This document shows positions 16,697 to 24,420 of a stretch of 24,459 nucleotides of DNA, piece after piece; the first letter of the stretch is position 1; every line of letters starts with the position of its first letter. This stretch comes from a virus (taxonomy: Duplodnaviria > Caudoviricetes). The notes beneath the pieces are model-generated. The model saw only the letters and a list, made by a program, of their open reading frames with translations, was not told the DNA's origin and did no database searches. Location of the stretch: positions 1 to 24,459 of the IMG/VR virus record IMGVR_UViG_3300009678_000135; one strand, 5' to 3'. Position numbers and translations under genes: made by a program.

Positions 16697-16726
16697 AGCG
16701 TAGCGCCGGCGCGCGGCGAGATTCAA
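16697..16726 (-). promoter_or_regulatory. Leftward promoter (replication/late arm)
   Basis: -35 TTGAAT (16726-16721), 18-bp spacer, -10 TACGCT (16702-16697). Confidence 0.55.
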
Positions 16727-16745
16727 GCCGGACAGGCTGGCCGGT
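16727..16745. promoter_or_regulatory. Operator O1 (imperfect palindrome)
   Basis: CCGGACAGGCTGGCCGGT (16728-16745) differs at 2 of 18 positions from O2. Confidence 0.65.
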
Positions 16746-16746
16746 G

Positions 16747-16755
16747 TGCTATTGT
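16747..16755 (+). promoter_or_regulatory. Extended -10 promoter of HTH regulator (leaderless mRNA likely)
   Basis: TG-C-TATTGT ends 8 nt before ATG 16764; no SD. Confidence 0.5.
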
Positions 16756-16763
16756 CCGCGACC

Positions 16764-16994
16764 ATGCCCCGGACGTACCCGCCCTACAGTCGCAGCAGCA
16801 CGAGACGGCGCGCGGCGCGCGACCTGGCCGACCTGCGTCTGGCCTGGCACTGGAGGCAGGAGGACATGGCCAGGTACCTCGGGATCAGCGTGCGGACCCT
16901 GCGACGTCTCGAGCACGGGGCCCTCGAGCCGTCGGGGGTGCTCGGGAAGCTGGTCGCCATCTTGCTCAAGTCGGACGAGCCGCCCGACCGATAG
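16764..16994 (+). CDS. XRE/Cro-like HTH transcriptional regulator, 76 aa
   Basis: LADLRLAWHWRQEDMARYLGISVRTLRRLEHG..EPS HTH signature. Confidence 0.9.
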   Translation: MPRTYPPYSRSSTRRRAARDLADLRLAWHWRQEDMARYLGISVRTLRRLEHGALEPSGVLGKLVAILLKSDEPPDR

Positions 16995-16999
16995 AGGAT

Positions 17000-17028
17000 T
17001 TGACACCGGCCAGGATGGCCGGTATAAG
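17000..17028 (+). promoter_or_regulatory. Strong sigma70-type early promoter with operator O2 in spacer
   Basis: TTGACA (17000-17005), 17-bp spacer, TATAAG (17023-17028); palindrome ACCGGCCA-GGA-TGGCCGGT at 17005-17023. Confidence 0.85.
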
Positions 17029-17073
17029 AGAGTGCGTCGGGAATCCCCCCGGCCCTGACGTGGAGGTCAGACG

Positions 17074-17232
17074 ATGATCGACGACGACGAGGTCGACGGG
17101 CAGCCGGTCACGCAGCCGTGCGAGCGGTGCGCCAATGAGCTGCCCTGCCAGGCCATCCCGATGATGGGCTACTCGCTCTGGCTCTGCCGGACGTGCGCGG
17201 CCGCCGCCTATCACAACGAGGAGGCTGTATGA
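17074..17232 (+). CDS. Small zinc-ribbon protein, 52 aa
   Basis: GGAGG SD; MIDDDEVDGQPVTQPCERC...LCRTCAAAAYHNEEAV (two CxxC); not in ORF track. Confidence 0.7.
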   Translation: MIDDDEVDGQPVTQPCERCANELPCQAIPMMGYSLWLCRTCAAAAYHNEEAV

Positions 17233-17525
17233 CCACGCCCACCGTTTCCCCCGAGGTCGCGGCGGTGCTGAGAAAGGCCGCCGAGCTGGGCCCGCGCATG
17301 CTCGCAGGGCGCACGTTCCAGGGAGCGTTCGGCCGGACGAGCCGCTACCGCGTGATCCCCTGTTGGTATGACCCGCTGTATGGGGTCGGCAACTGTGAAT
17401 GGGTTATCCAGCGCTGGGACGACTTCACGCGCGAGTGGCGTTACAGCGCTGGAGCCATCGACGGATTCAAGACGCGGCGGGCGGCGTGGGCCGTGGCTCG
17501 CGTGATGGCCGGAGCGAGGCCATGA
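17229..17525 (+). CDS. Hypothetical early protein, 98 aa
   Basis: GAGGAGG SD, ATGA coupling. Confidence 0.7.
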   Translation: MTTPTVSPEVAAVLRKAAELGPRMLAGRTFQGAFGRTSRYRVIPCWYDPLYGVGNCEWVIQRWDDFTREWRYSAGAIDGFKTRRAAWAVARVMAGARP

Positions 17526-17755
17526 CCGACGATGAGTTCGCGTCGCTAGCGCAACTGTGCGAATGCGCTTCGCGCATGGAGCTTGAGCGCGTCGCGCCCG
17601 CCGCCATTCCAATGCTTATCGCTCACGTCGGCAGGCTCAACGCCAGGCTCGATGAAACCAATGCCCACCTAGAGTGGGCGCGCGATGATGGCAAGCGCCT
17701 GGCCGCTCAAGTCGCCGCGCTCAGAGCTGCGGCGGGAGAGGAGCGTGCATCGTGA
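17522..17755 (+). CDS. Hypothetical early protein (weakly Ead/Ea22-like coiled coil), 77 aa
   Basis: ATGA coupling; APAAIPMLIAHVGRL followed by coiled coil. Confidence 0.6.
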   Translation: MTDDEFASLAQLCECASRMELERVAPAAIPMLIAHVGRLNARLDETNAHLEWARDDGKRLAAQVAALRAAAGEERAS

Positions 17756-17955
17756 AGGACGAGAGGCAGATCCGCGACCGGATCGCGGCCATCGAGGCTG
17801 ACGAGCGCATGAGCTACAAGCCCGCGAACGTGATGGTCAACGCGCCGCTGGCGCTGATCCAGGTCGAGGGCAAGGCCGTCTCCCAGGCCCTTCTATGGGT
17901 GCTCGATGAGGCCAGCTACTGCGCCGGCTCGTATCCGGATAGGACACCGCGATGA
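17752..17955 (+). CDS. Hypothetical early protein
   Basis: GAGGAG SD, GTGA coupling. Confidence 0.7.
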   Translation: MKDERQIRDRIAAIEADERMSYKPANVMVNAPLALIQVEGKAVSQALLWVLDEASYCAGSYPDRTPR

Positions 17956-18293
17956 CCGCCCAGCCGATCACCGAGGCGCAGGCAAGGGCGGCCAAGGCCA
18001 GGTGCGATGCGCTGCCGCACGAGGGCCACACTCACGACTCCCGAGGCATGCCCACCGGTAGCGGCGCGTGCGCTATCTGCGGCCTGAACTTCCGCCACTT
18101 CATCCACACGCGCGTAGGGGCGAAGGACTGGCGAGCAGCCGACGACCTGCCAGCCGCTATCGCCTGGCGCGAAGTAGCCCTGCCGCTGCTGGTCAACTAC
18201 CGCGACCTCATCGAGCGACTTGGACTGCCGCCCAGCGCCAAGGATCGCATCCAGTCCGCCCTTGACGCCCTGCTGCCGCCGGAGGCCCCATGA
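17952..18293 (+). CDS. Hypothetical early protein with His/Cys cluster
   Basis: H..H...CAIC....H..H; ATGA coupling. Confidence 0.65.
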   Translation: MTAQPITEAQARAAKARCDALPHEGHTHDSRGMPTGSGACAICGLNFRHFIHTRVGAKDWRAADDLPAAIAWREVALPLLVNYRDLIERLGLPPSAKDRIQSALDALLPPEAP

Positions 18294-18463
18294 CTGCCGA
18301 GTCCACGCTGTTCCTGTTCGCGCTGGCGATGCACGCGGGCTGCTGGTACTGCTGGCTGCTCGTGCAGCAGGATATCCGCGGCAAGGCCGAGCGAGCTGCC
18401 GAGCACCTCGACGCGCAGGCCAACCGCATCAGCCTGCACCGCCACCTTGGAGGCCGCCCGTGA
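18290..18463 (+). CDS. Small N-terminal TM protein, 57 aa
   Basis: MTAESTLFLFALAMHAGCWYCWLLVQQDIRG...; GGAGG SD; coupled both ends; not in ORF track. Confidence 0.6.
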   Translation: MTAESTLFLFALAMHAGCWYCWLLVQQDIRGKAERAAEHLDAQANRISLHRHLGGRP

Positions 18464-19482
18464 CCGACCTGCCGCTGCTCACCGTCTCGGCCAAGCGCAC
18501 TTTCCAGCGCTGCGCACGCGAGTACCAGTACAGCTACGAGCAGCGCTACCGCCCCATCCGCACGAGCGGCGCCCTGCGCTTCGGCACCCTGTTCCACGCC
18601 GCCCTCGAGGCATGGTGGCGCGCCGCGCAGGCCCCGGACGCCGACCGCTACAGCGCCGCGGTCGACGCGCTGCAGGCGGCCGTCACCCCCGAGACCGACG
18701 AGTACGAGCTCGCCCGCGCCCACGCGCTGCTCGTCGGCTACGACACCCGGTGGTCCGAGCAGGCGCTCGAGGTCCTGGCGGTCGAGGTCGAGTTTGCGAC
18801 CTCCCTCGTCAACCCCGAGACCGGGGCCTCGAGCAAGACCTGGCGCATGGCCGGCAAGCTCGACGCGATCGTCCGCGACACCGACGGCCGCGTGCTCATC
18901 GTCGAGCACAAGACCTCGGCCGAGGACATCAGCCAGGGCAGCGAATACTGGCGCCGCCTGCAGCTCGACCAGCAGGTGTCGGACTACTACGTCGGCGCGC
19001 GCGCTCTCGGGTACGACGTCGCCGGTTGCCTGTACGACGTGATCGGCAAGCCCGGCCTGCGGCCGTCCCGCGCCACGGCCCCCGAGGACCGCAAGTACAA
19101 GAAGGACGGCACGCTGTACGCGAATCAGCGCGAGGACGACGAGAGCGCCGATGCCTTCCGCGAGCGGATGCTCGAGGCCCTGGCCGAGAACCCTGATCGC
19201 TACTTCCAGCGCGGGCCCGTCGTGCGGCTCCAGGAGGAGGAGCGCGACGCGGCCTTCGACGGCTGGCAGCTCGGCCGGCTGATCCGCGAGGCGCAGCTCG
19301 CGAACCGCTGGCCGCGCCGCGTCGACTCCTGCGTGACCTTCAACCGCACGTGCAGCTTCTTCGACGTGTGCTGCAAGGTCGCGTCGCTCGAGGACCCGTC
19401 TCTGTTCCGCAAGGCCGCGGCGCCCCACGAGGAGCTGTCGGCCGTTGCATCTGTTACCCCCGAAGGAGGGCCCACCACGTGA
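18460..19482 (+). CDS. PD-(D/E)XK RecB/Cas4-like exonuclease, 340 aa
   Basis: FQRC, GTLFHAALE, VEVEF, GKLDAI, IVEHKT, QVSDY, C-terminal C..C.FFDVC; GGAGG SD before GTG. Confidence 0.9.
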   Translation: MTDLPLLTVSAKRTFQRCAREYQYSYEQRYRPIRTSGALRFGTLFHAALEAWWRAAQAPDADRYSAAVDALQAAVTPETDEYELARAHALLVGYDTRWSEQALEVLAVEVEFATSLVNPETGASSKTWRMAGKLDAIVRDTDGRVLIVEHKTSAEDISQGSEYWRRLQLDQQVSDYYVGARALGYDVAGCLYDVIGKPGLRPSRATAPEDRKYKKDGTLYANQREDDESADAFRERMLEALAENPDRYFQRGPVVRLQEEERDAAFDGWQLGRLIREAQLANRWPRRVDSCVTFNRTCSFFDVCCKVASLEDPSLFRKAAAPHEELSAVASVTPEGGPTT

Positions 19483-20462
19483 CCGTGTCGACACCACCCG
19501 CCACCAAACCCGCCGCGCCATCGCGCATGGCCCTGTCGTCCGTGACGCGCGGCAAACTGGTCAAGCCGCCGCGGATCCTGCTCTACGGGACCGACGGCAT
19601 CGGCAAGAGCACGTTCGGCAGCCAGGCGCCGGCGCCCATCTTCGTGTGCGCCGAGGACGGCACGGCCTCCCTGGACGTCGCGCGCTTCCCCGAGCCCGAG
19701 ACCTGGGCCGAGGTCTTGTCGGCCGTCGACGCGCTCAGCGGGCCGGCGCACCACTTCAAGACGCTCGTGTTCGACACGCTGGACTGGATCGAGCCGCTGA
19801 TCCACACCCACCTGTGCACGAGCAACGGCTGGAAGGACATCGAGGCGCCCGGCTATGGCAAGGGCTACATCGCGGCGCTTGACCAGTGGCGGCTGCTCCT
19901 GTCGCGCCTGGATGCGCTGCGCGAGAACCGTGGCATGGCGATCGTGCTGCTCGCGCACGCCCTCGTGCGGTCGTTCAAGAACCCCATCGGGGACGACTTC
20001 GACCGCTACGAGCTCAAGCTGAATGCGAAGGCTGGCGCCCTGGTCCGGGAGTGGGCCGACGCCGTGATCTTCGCCAACTACGAGACTCTGACCGACAAGC
20101 GCGACAAGCGCGTGCGCGGGGTGTCGACAGGCGCGCGGTTCATCCACACTGAGTACCGCGCCACCTGGGACGCCAAGAACCGCTACGGGCTGCCCGAGCA
20201 GCTCCCGCTGTCGTGGGCCGACCTCGAGGCCGCGATCGGCGGGGGCCACGGGCCCCAGCTCGAGCAGCTGCGCGCCGAGATCGACGCGCTGTTGCCGCAG
20301 GTCGACGAGCAGACGAGGACCCTGGCGGGCGAGTACCTGGCCAAGAACGGCGGCAGCGCCGAGGCCATGTACAAGCTCGTGGACCGACTCCGCGCGAAGG
20401 TCGCGCTGACCACCACCACCCAGCCGGCCGAGGCCGGCGCATCGGAGACCAAGACCGCATGA
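19479..20462 (+). CDS. Sak4-like AAA ATPase / recombinase (AAA_24), 327 aa
   Basis: LLYGTDGIGKST Walker A, TLVFDTLDW Walker B, GYGKGY, LLAHA, EWADAVIFA, AKNRYGLP. Confidence 0.9.
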   Translation: MTVSTPPATKPAAPSRMALSSVTRGKLVKPPRILLYGTDGIGKSTFGSQAPAPIFVCAEDGTASLDVARFPEPETWAEVLSAVDALSGPAHHFKTLVFDTLDWIEPLIHTHLCTSNGWKDIEAPGYGKGYIAALDQWRLLLSRLDALRENRGMAIVLLAHALVRSFKNPIGDDFDRYELKLNAKAGALVREWADAVIFANYETLTDKRDKRVRGVSTGARFIHTEYRATWDAKNRYGLPEQLPLSWADLEAAIGGGHGPQLEQLRAEIDALLPQVDEQTRTLAGEYLAKNGGSAEAMYKLVDRLRAKVALTTTTQPAEAGASETKTA

Positions 20463-20971
20463 TTCCTCCAGGCACCTACCGCGCCCGAGTCGCCAGCCCG
20501 GACTCGCACCAGTTTGGCTACTCGAGCAACGAGACCGAGCAGATCGCGCTGACCTTCAAGTTTCTGCAGGAGCCCTTCGCGGGGCAGTACATGACCTGGT
20601 TCGGCTTCTTCACCGACAAGACCAAGGAGACGACGTTCAAGACCCTGCGCGCCTGCGGCTGGCAGGGCGACGACCTGGCCGACATGAGCGGGATCGACGC
20701 CAACGAGGTCGACTTGGTCATCGAGACCGAGCTCGACCAGCAGGGCCGCGAGCGGTCCCGCATCCGCTGGGTCAACGAGCTGGGCGGCGGCAAGGTCAAG
20801 ATGCAGAACACGATGACGCCCGAGCAGCAGCGAGCCTTCGCGGCCCGCATGAAGGGCACCGCGATCGCGCTGCGCGAGGGCAAGGGCCCCGCCAAGCCGC
20901 CGCGCCCGAGCGACGCGAAGGTCCGCCAGGACGCCGCCGCCCACGGCGCCGTCGACGAACCGCCGTTCTGA
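20459..20971 (+). CDS. Single-stranded DNA-binding protein-like (OB fold), 170 aa
   Basis: IPPGTYRARV start, LRACGW, RIRWVN, acidic DEPPF tail; follows Sak4-like gene. Confidence 0.75.
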   Translation: MIPPGTYRARVASPDSHQFGYSSNETEQIALTFKFLQEPFAGQYMTWFGFFTDKTKETTFKTLRACGWQGDDLADMSGIDANEVDLVIETELDQQGRERSRIRWVNELGGGKVKMQNTMTPEQQRAFAARMKGTAIALREGKGPAKPPRPSDAKVRQDAAAHGAVDEPPF

Positions 20972-21432
20972 TGAACACTGAGCCCCGCCGCCCTGGAGAT
21001 TCCGTCGCGCCCCAACCGCGACGCTCGACCTCCACGTCGACCAACGCCCTCCGGGGCGGCGGGTCTCTTACCCCGCATGAAAGCCCGTCCGATCAGGCCG
21101 CGCCGCGCAGCCCTTCTTCCCCTTCTTCCCGGCACGCGCGCGGTTCTCATGCCCTATTTGCCCAGGGTCCTGGTCGGGCGGGCCTCTTTCTGCTGGGCTA
21201 CCCGCGCGCCGGCGAGGCGACCGCATTCGAGTGGCGCCGCTGCCAGCTGTGCAGCGAGCGCGTGCTCGAGACCGAACGTATCTTCATGTTCAGCGACGTG
21301 CTCAAGGAGCGAGCGCACCTGTGCCTCGCGTGTGCCGAGGACCAGGAGGGCGGTGACCGCAAGCTGACCGCGCGCGAGGAGTGCACCGACGCGATGGCCG
21401 CATGGGAGGAACGACACCGTGAACGAGACTGA
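20971..21432 (+). CDS. Zinc-finger protein with low-complexity N-terminus overlapping RNA structures
   Basis: CQLC...CLAC in C-terminal half; only in-frame start before them is the TGATG-coupled ATG 20971. Confidence 0.5.
   Translation: MNTEPRRPGDSVAPQPRRSTSTSTNALRGGGSLTPHESPSDQAAPRSPSSPSSRHARGSHALFAQGPGRAGLFLLGYPRAGEATAFEWRRCQLCSERVLETERIFMFSDVLKERAHLCLACAEDQEGGDRKLTAREECTDAMAAWEERHRERD
20984..21063 (+). ncRNA. Putative structured RNA element 1 (three-way junction)
   Basis: 15-bp closing stem 20984-20998/21049-21063 (one G-U), inner hairpins 21003-21023 and 21025-21040. Confidence 0.5.
21083..21183 (+). ncRNA. Putative structured RNA element 2 with (CUUCUUCCC)2 loop
   Basis: 15-bp closing stem 21083-21097/21169-21183 (two G-U); tandem 9-mer at 21113-21130. 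Confidence 0.5.
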
Positions 21433-21619
21433 TCGCTACGACAGCTTCGATGTCCGGGCCGAGAACCCGACCGAGTACCAGAGCGTCCGCAACGACCCGG
21501 CTCCGCTGGTCCAGGGCGACCCGGTGGCGGTGCGGCTGCTCATCATCGTGTGCGTGATCTTCGCCTGCGTGCTGATCGGCTTGGTCGCGTGGCCCGAGCG
21601 GCTGGAGGGCGGGCTGTGA
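21419..21619 (+). CDS. Single-TM membrane protein
   Basis: LLIIVCVIFACVLIGLVAW hydrophobic helix; GGAGG SD. Confidence 0.7.
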   Translation: MNETDRYDSFDVRAENPTEYQSVRNDPAPLVQGDPVAVRLLIIVCVIFACVLIGLVAWPERLEGGL

Positions 21620-21774
21620 GGCGACCAGTCGGCATCCCGTGGCTCATCGTCATCCTCCTGCTCCTGGTGGCCTACGGCGCGCAAGCCGTGGTCTGCGGCG
21701 CGATCTACTTGGTCACGCATCCTGAGTTGATCGGGGCGTGGTGGGCTCGCCTTCAGTCGGGAGCCACCCCATGA
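21616..21774 (+). CDS. Small membrane protein, 52 aa
   Basis: GTGA coupling, GGAGG SD; WLIVILLLLVAYGAQAVVCGAIYLV. Confidence 0.65.
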   Translation: MRRPVGIPWLIVILLLLVAYGAQAVVCGAIYLVTHPELIGAWWARLQSGATP

Positions 21775-21932
21775 CAGCGCCCCGGCTCGACGTTGAGGCG
21801 GCGCGGGAGGCGCTGATCGCGTACTACAGATATCCGAAGGATGCTGCTCTCATCGAGGCGCTGATCGACGCCAAGATCGCAGAGGCACTGGCTGAGCGCG
21901 ACCGCAGCAAGCCGACGGGAGAGAACCCATGA
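21771..21932 (+). CDS. Hypothetical protein, 53 aa
   Basis: ATGA coupling, GGGAG SD. Confidence 0.6.
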   Translation: MTAPRLDVEAAREALIAYYRYPKDAALIEALIDAKIAEALAERDRSKPTGENP

Positions 21933-22483
21933 CCAGCGAGGTCGAGACGGCGCGGGAGATTCTCGCGGATGCGCTGCACCGCTTCGTGCGGCAGCGGGAT
22001 GCCCGCATGACCGCAGGGGGCGTGCGGAACGCCATTGACTACCTCATCCGCACCATCGTGGCGTCGGAGCAGCGCCTCGCGATGATCTGCCCGCCCACCG
22101 AGCCCGGTGGCGTGGCCTCGATCATCGGCGCGATGCAAGACATGCCGGCTGGTGACGACGGCACCGGGGGTACTCGACCAACGGTCCCGGGCGCAGCTCC
22201 TTCGGGGGCTGTATGCAAAGGCTCGCCGTCGCCAGCCGGCACTTCGCCTGTCGAGGCGGCGGCGCCAGAGCGTGGATTGCTGCTGCGGATGTACCAAGTT
22301 GCCAGGGCGTGCAGTCGCGGCCTCGATGCCGAGTATCAAGCTGCGACCCGGCTGTGCCTGAACGCTAGCTACCTCGGCGTGCCGGACTTCGAGCGAGCCC
22401 TGGCCGCCCTCTGTGAGCGCGAGTACCAGCGGGGGTACCGCGACGCTATGGCCGTGCGTTACGCGCAGGAGCGCAACCCATGA
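21929..22483 (+). CDS. Hypothetical protein
   Basis: ATGA coupling; two helical blocks joined by a Pro/Gly linker. Confidence 0.65.
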   Translation: MTSEVETAREILADALHRFVRQRDARMTAGGVRNAIDYLIRTIVASEQRLAMICPPTEPGGVASIIGAMQDMPAGDDGTGGTRPTVPGAAPSGAVCKGSPSPAGTSPVEAAAPERGLLLRMYQVARACSRGLDAEYQAATRLCLNASYLGVPDFERALAALCEREYQRGYRDAMAVRYAQERNP

Positions 22484-22848
22484 AGCTGCGCGACGAGGAG
22501 GGCAACGAGTACGAGGTACACCGCGTCGTCGAGTTCGGTGAGACCGTGAGCCACGGCATGCGACCCAACGACATCATCATCCGCCCCGTGCCGGCGCCCG
22601 ACGAGGTCAGCAAGCTTGTCAGCGACCTTGTCGTGACTGGCGCGGTGGGCAACGCTTGGGCCAAGCTGGTCACGACGCACATCCGCGCCATGCTCGCCCG
22701 GCAGACCGAGCGGCAGCGGGCCGACGAGGCGCTGGTGAATCATCGGCTTGAGCACAAGGCGCACCACTCCACCTGCTACGAGTACATCCGCCTACTTGAA
22801 GCCTGCATCGCCGCCCGCGAGCCGGCCCGTGAGGAGAGTGCGGCGTGA
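22480..22848 (+). CDS. Hypothetical protein
   Basis: AGGAG SD, ATGA coupling. Confidence 0.7.
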   Translation: MKLRDEEGNEYEVHRVVEFGETVSHGMRPNDIIIRPVPAPDEVSKLVSDLVVTGAVGNAWAKLVTTHIRAMLARQTERQRADEALVNHRLEHKAHHSTCYEYIRLLEACIAAREPAREESAA

Positions 22849-22964
22849 ATCCATGGTGGCTGCTGCTGATCGTACCCGCCGCGCTGGTCGCCGGCGCTGC
22901 GCTGCTCTGGTGGATGATCGGCTCCGCCATGGCCGAAATGATCGGCACACGGTGGTGGCGATGA
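22845..22964 (+). CDS. Small Trp-rich TM peptide, 39 aa
   Basis: MNPWWLLLIVPAALVAGAALLWWMIGSAMAEMIGTRWWR; coupled both ends; not in ORF track. Confidence 0.6.
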   Translation: MNPWWLLLIVPAALVAGAALLWWMIGSAMAEMIGTRWWR

Positions 22965-23200
22965 ACAACGCGCCGTGCCGCTGGGGCTTGCTGTGGCGCT
23001 CGCTCGACAGCGAGCACGTCATGTGGCACGACCTCAAGCCGCTGCTGTTCCAGACGCGCTCAGAGGCGCGGGCGTGGTCCAGCGAGCGCTACGGCTACAT
23101 CCGCACCAGACAGGACCTGCGCCGCGCACCGCACGGCTGGCGTGTGCCGCAGCCCGTCCTGATCGACGTGGTGTTGCGGCCGGTCCGAGTGACAACATGA
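22961..23200 (+). CDS. Phage hypothetical protein, 79 aa
   Basis: ATGA coupling; PLLFQTRSEARAW..ERYGYIRTRQDLR..PHGWRVP. Confidence 0.7.
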   Translation: MNNAPCRWGLLWRSLDSEHVMWHDLKPLLFQTRSEARAWSSERYGYIRTRQDLRRAPHGWRVPQPVLIDVVLRPVRVTT

Positions 23201-23241
23201 ACGCGGGTAAGGAACCTTTCCCATTTCGGGAGGAGTGAACG

Positions 23242-23691
23242 ATGAAGTACGCATCCGCCTTTCTGCTCGCCGCTTTCGTCAGCCTAGCGGCAGCCCCGCC
23301 CGGCACCGACGAGTTCGCTGTCACGCCGATGGACTGGCGTGGTCACGGCTTCCTGCGCATCGACAACCTGCCCACGCAGCAGGGCCTCGTCGATGTCATC
23401 ACGCCCTGGGAGCACGACTGGTGCGTCGTCCGCTTGGACGACGGCCCGTGGTCCCTGCCCATCCCGATCAACGCGCTGGGCGGCAACAAGCTGGCCGTCG
23501 AGGTGACCGTGACGTTCTGCGTCTCGTTCCCGCTCATCGCGCCCTACGGCTCGGTCGTCGGGTACAGCCAGCCGGTGCAGTACACCGTCTCGGCCGGCGA
23601 GCCGGGCGATGATGATTCGCTGGAAGCGGACGTGGCGAAGGTCAAGGCTGCGGTCGCCGCCATCGGTGGCGTCCACGTCCCCTGCAACTGA
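23242..23691 (+). CDS. Secreted/periplasmic beta-rich protein
   Basis: Signal peptide MKYASAFLLAAFVSLAA; GGAGGAG SD. Confidence 0.75.
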   Translation: MKYASAFLLAAFVSLAAAPPGTDEFAVTPMDWRGHGFLRIDNLPTQQGLVDVITPWEHDWCVVRLDDGPWSLPIPINALGGNKLAVEVTVTFCVSFPLIAPYGSVVGYSQPVQYTVSAGEPGDDDSLEADVAKVKAAVAAIGGVHVPCN

Positions 23692-23699
23692 CACGTTCT

Positions 23700-23788
23700 G
23701 CAGCGCGGCGGGGGATGGAGAGCTGTCGGGGCATCCCAACGGTTCTTCCCCTTTTCTTCTCGCCCCCGCCTCCGCACCGCCGCGCTGC
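23700..23788 (+). ncRNA. Putative structured RNA element 3 with C/U-rich loop
   Basis: Perfect 12-bp closing stem 23700-23711/23777-23788; inner GGGATG/CATCCC hairpin; TTCTTCCCCTT shared with element 2. Confidence 0.5.
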
Positions 23789-23810
23789 CTTACCAATAGG
23801 AGACCGATCC

Positions 23811-24416
23811 GTGAACATTCCTACGCTGACTGAGACCAACTGGACCGCGCGCCTCAAGTGGCTGGAGTACGCGAAGGCCGTGCGCGCCCGGTGGACCGAC
23901 GAGGACGACCTGCTGCGCGCGACCTACCGCTCCATCGCGCTGGGGCAGCGCGTGCTCGACATCCGCCAGGTCATGCGCGGCGCCGGCGTGGACGCGCTGG
24001 GTCGGCCCGTGCTTGCCATCGCGCGGGCCGACAAGCAGCGCGTCGCTTTCGGTGAGTACAGCGGCGGCGGGCACTACCGTGCGTGGGCCTTCATTGCGTG
24101 CGGGCACTTCTACCTCCGCCCGCGCATGGACGACACGTTCCTCGGCCGACCCACTTTTGTGATGAGCAACGATCATCAACGCTGGTACAGCGGGCACAAC
24201 CGCCTCAGCGCACTCGTCCCGCTGATCCCGCCCGCGCTGCGGCCCGCGCCCGAAAAGCTGCCCCAGTTCCACATCCTGTGGGAAGCCGATTGGGACGCGG
24301 CACCGAAGGACCCGCTGCTGCTGCGGCGCGTCCGCGGGCCGATGTTCGCGATCGTCGCGCAGTGGGACCTGACCGAAGTCGAGCGTGCAGTTCTTCAGGG
24401 CCGTCTCGGAGGTTGA
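23811..24416 (+). CDS. Phage hypothetical protein, 201 aa
   Basis: AGGAG SD before GTG; PVLAIARAD...VPLIPP...HILWEADW...KDPLLL...AQWDLTEVERA. Confidence 0.8.
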   Translation: MNIPTLTETNWTARLKWLEYAKAVRARWTDEDDLLRATYRSIALGQRVLDIRQVMRGAGVDALGRPVLAIARADKQRVAFGEYSGGGHYRAWAFIACGHFYLRPRMDDTFLGRPTFVMSNDHQRWYSGHNRLSALVPLIPPALRPAPEKLPQFHILWEADWDAAPKDPLLLRRVRGPMFAIVAQWDLTEVERAVLQGRLGG

Positions 24417-24420
24417 CCCC

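Noticed and set aside
18460-19482. CRISPR-Cas system from the Cas4-like nuclease
   Set aside because: No array or other cas genes; context with Sak4-like ATPase and SSB is a standard phage recombination module
20984-21063. tRNA gene
   Set aside because: Only two inner arms, no T-loop (TTCRA) or D-loop consensus, closing stem too long
20968-21190. Hammerhead ribozyme (CTGATGA at 20968, GAAA at 21079)
   Set aside because: Stem I and the base of stem II do not pair and the UH site is out of register; CTGATGA is explained by the TGATG stop-start overlap
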